From Candidatus Latescibacterota bacterium (lineage in GTDB: Bacteria; Latescibacterota; UBA2968; UBA8231): DNA of 29,615 nucleotides. Below are positions 10,171 to 20,614 of the stretch, piece by piece. The position numbers and the translations under genes were made by a program. The stretch lies in NCBI GenBank assembly GCA_965205655.1, contig CBDBIJ010000028.1:1-29615 (forward strand), in the 5' to 3' direction. Each line of letters opens with the position of its first letter. Position 1 is the stretch's first letter. Under the pieces are notes generated by a model. It had not been told where the DNA came from, made no database searches, and was given only the letters and a program-made list of their open reading frames with translations.

Positions 10171-11208
10171 ATGTCCGAACCTTACAAAACATGCCTGGTC
10201 GGCTGTGGCCGCATGGGCGGCACCATAGACGACGAAATGCTGGGCCGCCCTTACCACGTTCCGCCCCACACCCACGCCGGCGCCTGCAAGGTCGTGGATC
10301 AAGTCGATCTCGTGGCGGCGTCCGATGTCGTGCCCGAGAAAATCGAAACCCTGTGCGAGCGCTACGACGTGGCCAACGGCTACGATGACTACCGCGTGAT
10401 GATCGAGCGGGAGGATCCCGCCATCGTCTGCATCGCCACGCGTCCGAACAACCACGCAGAGATCACCGTCTTCGCCGTCGAGCACGGCGTCCGCGCCATT
10501 TATCGCGACAAACCATTGTGTGGCTCGATGGCCGAGGCCGACGCGATGCTGGCCGCGTGCAGCCGCCATGGAGTCAAGTTCAACTACGGCACCAATCGTC
10601 GCTTCGTGCCGATGTTCAACACCATGCGCCGGATCATCGACGAAGGCGGGATCGGAGAGCTCGAGTCGGTCACGGCGCTCAGCAGCAGCGTCGCGCAATG
10701 GGGCCTAACCCATGCCGCCGACCTGCTCCTCTACCTCGCGCAGGACGCGGAGATCGATTTCGTTCAGGGCCATATCACGTGCGACGAAGGGGACTTCGAT
10801 GGCGAGCACCTGATGACAGACCCGATGGTGCACATGGGTTATGTCCAGTTTGCCAACGACGTGCGCGGCTATGTCGTGACCGGGATCGGGTACGAATTCG
10901 AAATCAGCGGCAGCGAAGGGCGATTGCGCACCGTGAACGACATCGAGGCGCTGATCCATCGCCGGGAGGGAAATCACCGGGAGTTGAGCGAAATGCCGCG
11001 GCCGCCCTACGAGCGCGTGAGCGGTACCGTCAACGCGATCGCTGATCTGGTGCGGGCCCTGAACACCGATAGCGACACGATGGGCAATCTGACGCTGGCC
11101 TGTCGCAGCCAGGAGATGGTCATCGGTTTCTGCGAGTCACACCGGCAGGAGGGCGCGCGCGTCTCGCTGCCGCTGGCGAACCGCGAACTCTACGTGGGGA
11201 AATGGTGA
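10171..11208 (+). CDS. Gfo/Idh/MocA-family oxidoreductase
   Basis: LVGCGRMG Rossmann motif, IVCIATRPNNH, DKP (EKP-like) motif, NRRF, THAAD, GSEG. Confidence 0.9.
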   Translation: MSEPYKTCLVGCGRMGGTIDDEMLGRPYHVPPHTHAGACKVVDQVDLVAASDVVPEKIETLCERYDVANGYDDYRVMIEREDPAIVCIATRPNNHAEITVFAVEHGVRAIYRDKPLCGSMAEADAMLAACSRHGVKFNYGTNRRFVPMFNTMRRIIDEGGIGELESVTALSSSVAQWGLTHAADLLLYLAQDAEIDFVQGHITCDEGDFDGEHLMTDPMVHMGYVQFANDVRGYVVTGIGYEFEISGSEGRLRTVNDIEALIHRREGNHRELSEMPRPPYERVSGTVNAIADLVRALNTDSDTMGNLTLACRSQEMVIGFCESHRQEGARVSLPLANRELYVGKW

Positions 11209-11253
11209 GAGCTGTGGTTGAATCCGAGCAAGGACGGTGCTAGGAGATACGAC

Positions 11254-12044
11254 ATGGCCGAATACACCTTTCCGGATTTACGAGGCCTGGATACGGACTA
11301 CGACCGGGATGGCTATGCCATCATCCGCAATGTGTTGGATGCCGAACTGGTTCAGGAGTTGAATCGGCACGTAGACTGGCTGATGGAAAAGCACCCCGAG
11401 CTGCGGCCGGAAGGGCTCGGACACACGCTGATTGCGCAGGATCCCTTCTGGGTTCGTTTCTTGAGCGATCCGAATCTGCTGGATGTGGCCGAGGCTCTGG
11501 TGGGTCGCAATGTCGCCCTTTTTGCCGCCGACTACATCTGCAAGCCTCCTCAAGAGGGAATGGCTGTTCAGTGGCATCAGGACGGTCACTACTGGCCGCT
11601 CGAACCGATGGAGGTGGTCACACTGTCTGGTTTGCGGCGACGCGATGGGTAAAGGCCAACGGCTGCGTTCGGTTTATCCCGGACAGCCATCGCCTGGATC
11701 TCCAACAACACGCGGCGGAGACAGTTGAGAACAAGCTGCTCCGTGAGGTTGATCCTGCCGTACTCGATGAAAGCCTGGCTGTCGATATCGAGCTCGAGGC
11801 TGGTGATATTTCAGTGCATCACCCGCACATGCTGCACGGATCCGAGCCCAACACCAGCGGAGAATGGCGGCGCGGCGGGTCGATTCAGTACATGCCTGCC
11901 ACGACCCGGGTCACAGCCCCGGACTGGCCGTGCCTGTTTCTGTTCCGGGGCGAGGCGGTCGAGGGCGTCAACGCATACCGTCCACTCCCCAAATACATCG
12001 AAGGTGAGCATATGCCGTTTCACGACTGTGAGGCGTGGCAGTAA
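11254..12044 (+). CDS. PhyH-family dioxygenase (one frameshift near 11625)
   Basis: AGGAG RBS; DGYAIIRNVL, CKPP..WHQDGHYWPL; continues in the 11571 frame as WFA...NGCVRFIPDSH...LEAGDISVHHPHMLHGSEPNTSGEWRR. Confidence 0.85.
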
Positions 12045-12066
12045 CGCACCGCGCTCGAACCAGACT

Positions 12067-13914
12067 TCAATCGAAAGCCGGCCGCGCGTACGTCGGCCGG
12101 TGCGCCAGCCGTTTCAGTCCGATCCGCAGTCGCACCTGCGCCGCCGGTCCCAGCCGCACCCGCACGTGGCGCTCATCGACGGCTGTGGGCGCCGCGTCTC
12201 CATCGTCACTGCGCAACTCGCCGAACTCGTGCTCGGCACACCCGCCGGCTTGCAAGATCAATTCCCGTGATTCCAGAATGTCCGTGTTCACCAGGTGCAC
12301 GCGTATGTGGTCGGTCTCGACCTCATCGACCAGAGCAGCCACGTGCGGGGGCAGTCCCGGCCGCCGTGCCACCGGGTCGAAATAGCGCAGCGCGGCGTGC
12401 ACCATGCCGCCGTGATACACCGCCGTTGGCGTTCCCATGGCCATCTGCATCATGCCCTCGGGAATCACCGGGTTGATCTCCTGCCAGTGATGAACGTCCT
12501 GATAGTCTGGCACCTCGCGCCAGGTCGTCCAGTCCAAAGTCTCCGAATCGATGCGGTCGAGGCGCCGGCGCATCTCGGCGTGAGTGATTTCCAGAGCCCG
12601 CTCCGGAAACGCCGGGTTGCAACCGACGATGTACTCAAACCAGTCGTGGATGTAGAAGCTGCCCGACTTGCCGCACTCGGGCAGGGGCAGGTCTCGGGGC
12701 AAAGGCCGGTCGCCGTACTGCTCCTCGATACGGTCGAGGTCCTGCTGCTGGCGGCCGACGGCGTAGGCGTGCATCAGCAGCCGCAGGGTGTTGCTCGAGG
12801 CGTGCGGGGCGTATTCGAACCAACCCTGTTCGCCGTGTTTGTTGGGGATCATGACCTGTGCGTCTTCCTCGCGCCGCATTTCCCACAGTTTGTCAGCCTG
12901 AGAGCGGAACAGGTCGAGCCAAGAGGGGTCGCCGGTCAGCATGGTGGCGTTGCAGCCGGCGTTGCACATGGCTTCGAGCATGACCCAGCCACCATGGGGC
13001 CAGCGCCAGCCGTAGTAGCCGCCCCACCACTTGCCGTTCATGCGCTCGCCGATCTTGCCCGTGGGACCGACGTTGTCGGGAATGAGCCCGCCGTTCGCCT
13101 CGGTGCGGTCCATCCAGGCCTGGATGTAGTCGAGGACCCACTGAGTGTATTTGTCGTCGCCCGTATACATGTAGGCGTTGGAAATCAGGCTGGTGGCGTT
13201 GAGGTTGAACGGAACATCGCCGGGTACCATGCGTTCGTTCATGCGCTTGAGGATCTCGGCAAATATCTCATCATCGGTCCAGTCCATCTGGCAGAAGGGG
13301 TCCGAGCTGTCGAAGCCGGGAATGTCCTCGTACGGTGCGAGGTAGAGCGACAAGTTGAGGCGGTGGGTGTGCCAGTCCTCGGCCGTCATCTCGAAGCACG
13401 GACCGGCGCCGCCGGTGATCGGCGAGCGGATGATCTTGTGTTCCTGGTCCCAGTTGCAGACTTCGGGGTCTTCACCCATGTACCAGGCGGCGAACTTGAG
13501 GGTGCGCTGGCGGTCGACATGACAGTCTGGATCGGCCAGGCCGAAGTAATGCAGGAAGGTGCCGGACTCCCCGTGATGCATCCAATCGTAGTACTTGGCG
13601 AACTCGCGAGTCACGGTGCCGTATTCGGTGAACTGCCGGGTCACCGCCGACCACAGCCGCCGCGCCATTGCGTGAATCTCCTCGCTGCCGCCGAGCATGT
13701 AGAACAGGGGGAAGGAGAGAAAACTCTCGTAGCCGTCGTCGGAGCCATCCATCCCCGGCCACTCGTCGCGCCAGATCAAGGTGCCGTCGGGCCGCGTGTA
13801 GCGCTCGACGAACTTCGGTGCGGCGCGGTTCATCAGGTCGAACAGGTGGCGTTGGCGTATCGCCCATTCGGGGGGTGTGCTGCGGCCGTCGAACTCGATC
13901 GTCTTCATGGTCAT
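12067..13914 (-). CDS. Uncharacterised ~615-aa protein, predicted helical-barrel enzyme; paralog of 25232..27181
   Basis: Long ORF with strong codon bias. Start moved to ATG 13914 (or 13908) after a GGAG because the track's start overlaps the divergent AKR gene. Shares AYxYTGxDKYxQWVLDY..AW, PDNVGPTGxIGE and WWGGxYGW with the paralog. Confidence 0.8.
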   Translation of the reverse strand: MTMKTIEFDGRSTPPEWAIRQRHLFDLMNRAAPKFVERYTRPDGTLIWRDEWPGMDGSDDGYESFLSFPLFYMLGGSEEIHAMARRLWSAVTRQFTEYGTVTREFAKYYDWMHHGESGTFLHYFGLADPDCHVDRQRTLKFAAWYMGEDPEVCNWDQEHKIIRSPITGGAGPCFEMTAEDWHTHRLNLSLYLAPYEDIPGFDSSDPFCQMDWTDDEIFAEILKRMNERMVPGDVPFNLNATSLISNAYMYTGDDKYTQWVLDYIQAWMDRTEANGGLIPDNVGPTGKIGERMNGKWWGGYYGWRWPHGGWVMLEAMCNAGCNATMLTGDPSWLDLFRSQADKLWEMRREEDAQVMIPNKHGEQGWFEYAPHASSNTLRLLMHAYAVGRQQQDLDRIEEQYGDRPLPRDLPLPECGKSGSFYIHDWFEYIVGCNPAFPERALEITHAEMRRRLDRIDSETLDWTTWREVPDYQDVHHWQEINPVIPEGMMQMAMGTPTAVYHGGMVHAALRYFDPVARRPGLPPHVAALVDEVETDHIRVHLVNTDILESRELILQAGGCAEHEFGELRSDDGDAAPTAVDERHVRVRLGPAAQVRLRIGLKRLAHRPTYARPAFD

Positions 13915-14042
13915 TTCACATCGTAACTCCCGTTGCGCGTTCATCGACATCCGGCGCGAAATGTAACTAATTTCTTTTTCGATGTGACAGCTCGAAGCGC
14001 TATGCATTTCCGTTTCGGATCTGAACCCGAAGGGCGACGACG

Positions 14043-14849
14043 ATGAACTACGACTTGCCTCGGACAACACTCGGTCGCACCGGACTGAAAGTGACCCGCC
14101 TGGGAATCGGCGGCGCCTACTGCGAGACCGTCGATGGCTACCGTCAGGCTCTGGACACCGGCGTCAACTACGTGGATACGGCCCGCGCCTACCGCAACGG
14201 CGAGGACGAGAAATGTATCGGCGAAGCCATCCAGGGTCGTCGGCACCAGTTGGTTGTGGCCACCAAGACCGGAGCTCGCGACGCGAAGGGACTGCGGGCG
14301 GACCTGGAGACCTCGCTTCGTCTGTTGCGGACGGATTGCGTCGATGTCTACCAGCTACATCATCTTAATACGCAGGGGGAGCGCGAGCGGGCCCTGGCTC
14401 CCGGCGGTGCGCTGGAAGCGGCGCACCGCGCCCGCGAGCAGGGCTTGATTCGCTTCATCGGTGTGACCGGTCACGACTGGACGCAGGTTCAGCACGCGGT
14501 GTCGAGCGGTCATTTCGACACCGTCTTGTGCTGGTACAACTGCGCCATGAAAGAGCCCGAGGAGACAGTGTTGCCGGCTGCCCGCGCCCACGACACCGGT
14601 GTCGTGATCATGAACGCCGGCCGCAACGACAAGCTGTTTCTGGAGCCGGACTCTCCCGCTCCCGAGCTTTTCTACCGCTACGTTCTGGGCAACCCTTGCG
14701 TCCACCTCACCATCATGGGATTGCGGGATGTGCCCCGGTTTGTGAAGGTGGCAGCGGCTTTGGCGGAACGCGATCGCGCAGAGGAGCGGGAACGCATGGA
14801 GCTGGAGGAATACGGCGCCATGATGCGGTCCGCGGGCAAGCTGGATTAG
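14043..14849 (+). CDS. Aldo/keto reductase
   Basis: LGRTGLKVTRLGIG, VDTARAY, ATK, SLRLLRTDCVDVYQLH, GLIRFIGVTGH. The D-Y-K-H tetrad pattern is present. Confidence 0.92.
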   Translation: MNYDLPRTTLGRTGLKVTRLGIGGAYCETVDGYRQALDTGVNYVDTARAYRNGEDEKCIGEAIQGRRHQLVVATKTGARDAKGLRADLETSLRLLRTDCVDVYQLHHLNTQGERERALAPGGALEAAHRAREQGLIRFIGVTGHDWTQVQHAVSSGHFDTVLCWYNCAMKEPEETVLPAARAHDTGVVIMNAGRNDKLFLEPDSPAPELFYRYVLGNPCVHLTIMGLRDVPRFVKVAAALAERDRAEERERMELEEYGAMMRSAGKLD

Positions 14850-14858
14850 AAGCGGCGC

Positions 14859-16177
14859 TCAACCCCCCCATTTCTGACCTGTTAGCGTGGGTCGAAGCCG
14901 ACTCATGATCAGGGCGCTCGTCCCCAGCAGCGCCGTGCCCAGCAGAAAAACGGGTGTGAAGGAATCGACGGGCAGTGCCAGCCATCGACCTGACGTTCCC
15001 TCAAAGGTATCGAGGAGAACGCCCCCCACGATCGGCCCGAGCCCTCCGAGCAATCCCATCCAGGCGTGAAACACGGCAGTGTACTCCGTCTTCTTCTCGG
15101 GGGGGATGAGGTTCACGTAGAGCAGGCGCTGCTCGCTCACTGCCCACCCCGTACTCAGGATACCCCAGAGAAGGGCGATCACCATTCCCGCGGCGAAGCT
15201 CCAGGCGTGGTGGCGGGGCATCACCCACCAGCACAGGGGAAGGATGACCATCAGGCCGAGTGCCCACATCACCACCGGCTTACTGCCATAACGGTCGGCC
15301 GCCCATCCCCACAGATAGCAGGAGAGCAAGCCGGCGCAGTAGCTGCTTACCTGAAGTAGCAGGATCTCACCCTCCGCTGTGTCCTACCTGCTCCTTCATG
15401 AAGAGGGGGACGAAGGCGAACACCATGCTGTATCCACCCATCATCGTCAGGCCCGTGGCGGCGAGGTAGATCCGGAATCCCCTGTCACCCACAGCCGAGC
15501 GCATGGCACGGCTGTGCGCCATCTGCCTCCTCTGTGCCGGCGCTCCCCCGGGAATGGGCAGCGCGCAGAGGACGGAGGCGAATCCGGCAAGGACGCCGGC
15601 GCCGATGACGGCGATGTAGCCGTCGATCCCCGGCACGTGGTCGATTGTGTAGCTTGCCGCGGCCAGACCGATCCCGGCCGCGAGCAGGGTGAAGAGACTG
15701 GAGACGCCGCTGAACCGCCCGCGAATGGCAGCGGGAATCATCTCCTGGAACCAGGGAAAGAAGGCGGTCTTCCCGATGGCGCGAAGGATCGCGAAACTCA
15801 TCACCAGCGTCGCGACGAAGGCGAACGTGGTGTCGACGCCGTGGCGACTGACCACCCACGGCACCATTAGGAAAAGCGCGGTCACAGCCGTGCGCAGGGT
15901 CCAGCTTACCAGGTAGATCCGCTTGACGCCGACCCGGGCCACGGCTGGAGCCACGAAGAGGGCCAGAGCGCCGCAGAAAGGAAGCAGCGAGAGCAGGAAG
16001 CCGATGCGCGTCTTGGGCAATCCCAGCTCGCTGAGGAACAGCACGAAGACCGGCCCCGAAATAGGTCAGCGTGGCAAACATGCTGTTCAGGGTATCGTGC
16101 ATGATGATCCAGGGGAGGTGGCGAGGCCGTCCCCGAGATTGACCGGTGGCAGCCCGACCAGTGTCAGACGGCGGCAT
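14859..16177 (-). CDS. MFS transporter (~438 aa after removing extra Gs near 16055 and 15372)
   Basis: Three consecutive hydrophobic frames: LPWIIMHDTLNSMFATLTYFG / PVFVLFLSELGLPKTRIG...IRGRFSG / WGWAADRYGSKP (MFS motif A). The start codon is uncertain. Confidence 0.78.
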
Positions 16178-16338
16178 GTGAAGCATAGAGTGCGAACAGC
16201 CTGGCGCGGTCGAGGTAGACTTTGACCTTGAGGCCCCCACGTCCCTGTGCGGCCATCTTCTCTTCGAGCCCACCGGCTTTGGTCCCGTCTGCGCCCTGCG
16301 GATCGTTTCTCCATTCTACCCGGTAATCTGTTTCATTC

Positions 16339-17761
16339 GCTTTGTCCCGATCTTAGTTGAAACAGCACAGGCTCCAATCGTTACGTTTTGATACGAGAAG
16401 CCCGTTGGAAGAAGTCTCGCATCGGTAACAAAAGGAGCCTGCAATGAGCAAGCTAGTAGCACGGAAGAAGGGCGTCAAACGAACGGTGAGCATCGGCAAG
16501 GTAGCACCCGAGACTGCAGAGCAAGTAGAGGACCTGGATGGCCGGATCGAGGCGATCCAATGGCTGATTCCCTTGGGCTGCAGGCGGTCGCGGAGGAGCT
16601 GCAAAGAGCGGTCGTTGAGTTGGCTGGGCCGCGGTATCAGCGCAAGGGGTCGGATCAGCCGTTACGCCGCTGGGGGTCTCAGCTCGGGTCGGTGTACCTG
16701 GCCGACCAGAAACTACCCGTCGATGTGCCGCGGGTGCGCAACGTGGCCAACCATACCGAGGTCCCGCTGGATGTTTACCAGGCACTGCAGACGCCTCGAC
16801 AGAATGGACGAAGGTCTGCTGTTGCGGATGCTGAAGGGCATCGCCACGCGCAACTACGAGGCCTGCGCTGAGGCCGTACCCGAGGCCTTTGGTCTGTCAT
16901 CCTCATCGGTGTCCCGTCGTTACGTGAAAGGCACGGCTCGAAAGCTGGCTGAATTCCAGGAGCGATCCCTGGAAGGATATGATCTGGTGGCGCTATTCCT
17001 CGACGGCAAGAGCTTCGCGGACGAGGAGATCATCATCGCCCTGGGCGTCACCCTCGACGGACAGAAGATTCCTCTTGGCTTCGTGCAGGCGGCCACGGAA
17101 AACGAGCGCGTCTGCCGTCGCTTCCTGTCCGATCTGGTCGAACGCGGTATGCAGTACGAAGCCGGACTGTTGGTCGTCATCGACGGCGCCAAGGGGCTTT
17201 ACAAGGCGGTGATGTCGGTGCTCAAAGGACATGCCTGCGTGCAGCGCTGCCAGTATCACAAGCGCCAGAACGTCGTGTCGTATCTGTCCAAAAGCGAGCA
17301 GTCCGGTATCGCAAGATGGAGGCGGCCTACGGCAAACCGAGATACGAGGCGGCCAAGGCGGCACTGGACGCGCTCAAACCGGGCTTGAAGTTGATGAATC
17401 AGTCCGCCCTACACAGCCTCGAGGAAGGCATGGAAGAGACCCTCACACTCCATCGGTTGGGACTGACGCCGATGCTCAAGGATTCCTTCCGCACCACCAA
17501 CTGCATCGAGAACGTCAACAGTCTCCTGGAGCAGCTCACACACAACGTGCGACGCTGGACCAACTCATCACAGCGTCACCGTTGGGTAGCCACGGCACTG
17601 CTCGACATCGAACCACGTCTGCGCAGGGTCAAGGGCTATCGCCATCTGCCGATGCTCCGGCAAGCCATACAAGCCGAACTCGGCATCAAACAGCTCGCGA
17701 TGATGGGCCGACACACTCACCCGAGCCTGTGATTTGTTTCAACTGAAACTGGACCTTGACC
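16339..17761 (+). mobile_element. IS256-family element A (~1423 bp)
   Basis: Imperfect IRs share AGTTGAAACA...CACAGGCTC (left 16339-16374; right 17723-17761). 9-bp direct repeat GTTTCATTC at 16330-16338 and 17762-17770. The left boundary is uncertain by 1-2 nt. Confidence 0.9.
16444..17732 (+). CDS. IS256/Mutator-family DDE transposase (frameshifts near 16576, 16803 and 17308)
   Basis: AAGGAG RBS; GIATRNY, SSSSVSR, LFLDGK, VIDGAKGL, QRCQYHKRQN (CxxH), RTTNCIENVN. Confidence 0.9.
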
Positions 17762-18066
17762 GTTTCATTCGCCGAGAAGGGTATGCAGTCGTCTTTGCCG
17801 AACCCCGGCACGATCCGGTCAAACGGATCGACTATCTCTACCCGCAGTGACCCGCCGGACGCGTCGGCGTTGATCCACAATGCGTTGGGATCGATACTCA
17901 GCGGGTCCGTGGTGACAACCCCATCCCCGTCCGACTTCAGGCAGACCAGCCGGTCCTTTTGGATCTTCGCCAGATTGATTCCCTTCCGGGACTCCTCGCC
18001 ATGTCGCGGCGGCTCGCCGTGCAGACAGTTCGAGGCGCTGTGATAGACCCATATCTCCTCGTCGCG

Positions 18067-19451
18067 GAGCTAGGGTCAAATGGTGTGTAAACGACTCAGG
18101 CGGCGATCTTCTTCCTTTGCGCGATGGGTGATCCGTTTTCGTAGCACTCCCCGGCGTAGACGTCAGCCATGAGATGCGGTGCATTGAGTCGCCGGAATCG
18201 TTTCTCGGCCACCATCAGTACCCGCCAAATGAGGGCGGTGGCATTGGCCACCTTCCTGTATCGTTTGGCCGCATTGGTTCGCAACCGTACCGAAGCGAAG
18301 GGACTTTCGACGACGTTGGTGGTGCGCAGGTGTTGCCAGTGGGCCTCGGGAAAGTCGTAGAATGTCACCATACGGTCCCAATCGCGCTCAAGGATATCGA
18401 CGGCGTCTGGACACTCGCGGCGAAACCGTTTGGCGAATTGATCGCGACGTTTCGTCGCTTCCTGACGGGTCGGCGCGTACGGGAGCTGTGTCAGCAGGTG
18501 CCGCCCTTCGACCTGCACGCGTTTTGGCAGCTTATCCAGCACGTTCAGGATGCGGTGATTCCAGCATCGCTGTTCAGCCGTCTCCGGCCAGACCTCTGCC
18601 AGGGCCGCCCAGATACCCAGGTGCCCATCCGCCACCAACAACTTCGCCACGCTCAGTCCGCGGTCACGCAGATCGCGCAGTACGCCCGCCCACGACTCCT
18701 GTCGATTCGCGATAGCCCGGGACAATCGTCAGGACTTCTTTGCGCCCATCGCTCATCGCGCCGATGACCACCAGGAGAGCGGCTTTTTGCTTCTCGAGAC
18801 CGGCTTTGACGTAGATCCCGTCCGCCCAGGCGTAGACGAGCTCGCGGTCATCCAGTCGTCCAGTCGTCGGCTGCGCCAGGCGTTGTATTCGACGATCCAC
18901 TTCTCACGCAAACGAGCGATCGAGGACGCCGACAAAGGCGCTCCCTTGCCCAGCAGGCCGCGCAGCGCCAGCTCGAAGTCGCCCTGAGACAAACCGTGCA
19001 GGTAAAGCTCTGGCAGCAGCTGACCTGTTTCTTGGGTGCGCCGGGCGAACAGCGGCAGTACCGCACTCTCAAATCGCTCTTCCAGACCCCGCACCCGAGG
19101 GCGTTTCACCTCGATCGTGCCCGAGGTCAAGGACAGTCGCCGCCGCTTCCCGTACCCATTGCGGTAGCCGCCGGCTGCGTCCAACGGTGCCTGTCGCTCG
19201 TACCGTGACCGTCCCAGCGCATGGGTGACTTCTTCATCCAGAACCGACTGCATCAGCGACTGAATCTGCGAGCGTGTCCACTCTTCCAGCGTTTCGAACG
19301 TGGGCATGGACATTTCCGTCGTGCTCGGCTTAGGTTGTGCCATGGCGATTCTCCTCTTCCTGCCGGGATAGCCCCGGCGTTTGTGATGGCTAATTACAAA
19401 GGAAGGGTAGGATCGCCGTCTGTCTATTTCCACACCTTCTGATTATAGCTC
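18067..19451 (-). mobile_element. IS256-family element B (1385 bp)
   Basis: IRs GAGCTAGGGTCAAATGGTGTGTAAA and (reverse complement) GAGCTATAATCAGAAGGTGTGGAAA match at 19/25. 8-bp TSD TCGTCGCG at 18059-18066 and 19452-19459. Confidence 0.93.
18096..19343 (-). CDS. IS256-family transposase (~412 aa; broken by an 8-bp duplication at 18851-18866 and an extra base near 18699)
   Basis: GAGGAG RBS; YRNGY, RPRVR, LYLHGLSQGDF, YAWADGIY, GYRES..SW, VADGHLG, QRCWNH, LRTTNVVES. Confidence 0.92.
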
Positions 19452-20614
19452 TCGTCGCGGACAAAATGGGCGTGCGGGGGATAGACACTACCGCAGTCAT
19501 AGCTGCCGCGGGGGCCGCATGTCAGGATCGGTTCGCGGTTGCCGGCCCGATGCCATGTCCGGCCGTCCTTCGAATAGGTCAACTGAATGTCCATCTGGTT
19601 CATCCACTCGGGCATCCAGTCTTCGATCTCGTTCTCGACGATCCACCTTTCGTAAAGGGTGTGGAATACGGACAGGAAGCCGATGCGAAAGTCGCGATAG
19701 GCGAGCGAGCTCATGCCGTAAAACTCGTGGTCTTGCGGGGGGTCGCGCTCATCGGGTGCGACGATGATCTCGCGCGGCGTCCAGTCTTCGAAATCGTCAC
19801 TCTCGGCCATGCAGATGATGCGCACATTGGGCCGGCCTCGCAGAAAGACGACGTAGCGGTGGATCTTTGCATCCCAATAGGCGACGAGGTGGGTGTCGGA
19901 ACCCTGGGGAATGACCGGGTTGACCCAGTATGGGGGCACGTCCCAATGAATCCCGTCGGCGGAATACGCCACGCAGACCGGCTGGACGATGCCGGCGAAA
20001 ATCATGTCTCCGGTCTGGAACATGAAGAGCATCTTGTAACGCTTGGCCGGGTCGGTTTCGATGGGGTCTTTCATGACGCTTGTTCCGGCGCCCCACCTGA
20101 ACAATGGAAAGACCAGGTTGTTCTCCTTGCTGCCGCCGTCCTCGACGAGGTTGAGGACCGGTTTTTCCCAGTGGATCCCGTCCTGCGACACGGCGTAGGC
20201 CAGTCCGTCCGCGCTCTCGCGGGCCGCACTCAAGTTTCGGCTCACGCCGTACCACATCTTGAAGATGTTTTCTTCGTCGTCGTAGATGACGTTGACGTAG
20301 GTGCCGATCATCCACTCGTCTTCCCAGGCTCGATCCTTCTCGATCAGCGGCTGTTGCGAAACCTTCTCTGCGGCAACGACGCCTTTCACGACGCCCTCGA
20401 GGCTTTCGATATACGTATCATCGATGAACAGGAATGCCGATTTTTCGTCAGTCATGTGGTTTCTCCTCGTTCGATAAAAGGACCATTGCCGATACTGGGT
20501 CAAGACCACGATCGGTCGACATGCGCGCCGCCAGTTCCTATCATACTGGCCGCCGAAAGTCAGTTGCGCGTTGAATCATTCCCCTGGGGGGATGAACCGC
20601 CGGTGTCCTGAGAC

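Larger units (their letters stand above)
16164..20455 (-). pseudogene. Five-bladed beta-propeller glycoside-hydrolase-like gene (clan of GH32/43/130) split by two IS256-family elements; 488 aa when reconstructed
   Basis: Segments 20455-19452, 18058-17762 and 16329-16164 total 1467 nt and join in frame: MTDEKSAFLFIDD...YAVSQDGIHWEKP...HFVRDE|EIWVYHSASN...LWINADASGGSLRVEI...PFSANET|DYRVEW...YLDRARLFALYASHAAV*. Repeated SxDGxxW blade motifs; GAGGAG RBS. Confidence 0.88.

Noticed and set aside
2685..10698. Long antisense ORFs (2685..3476, 4251..6146, 8025..9377, 9070..10698), and likewise 12295..13926, 19466..20611 and 25253..26809
   Set aside because: Shadow frames of strongly codon-biased high-GC genes; V/E/G-rich with no recognisable motifs.
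17756..17790. Outward-facing TTGACC (-35-like) at the right end of IS element A
   Set aside because: No convincing -10 at 16-18 nt spacing, so a hybrid promoter is unsupported.
16339..19451. Composite transposon formed by the two IS256 elements
   Set aside because: Each element has its own TSD and different IRs, and the DNA between them is the middle of the host gene.
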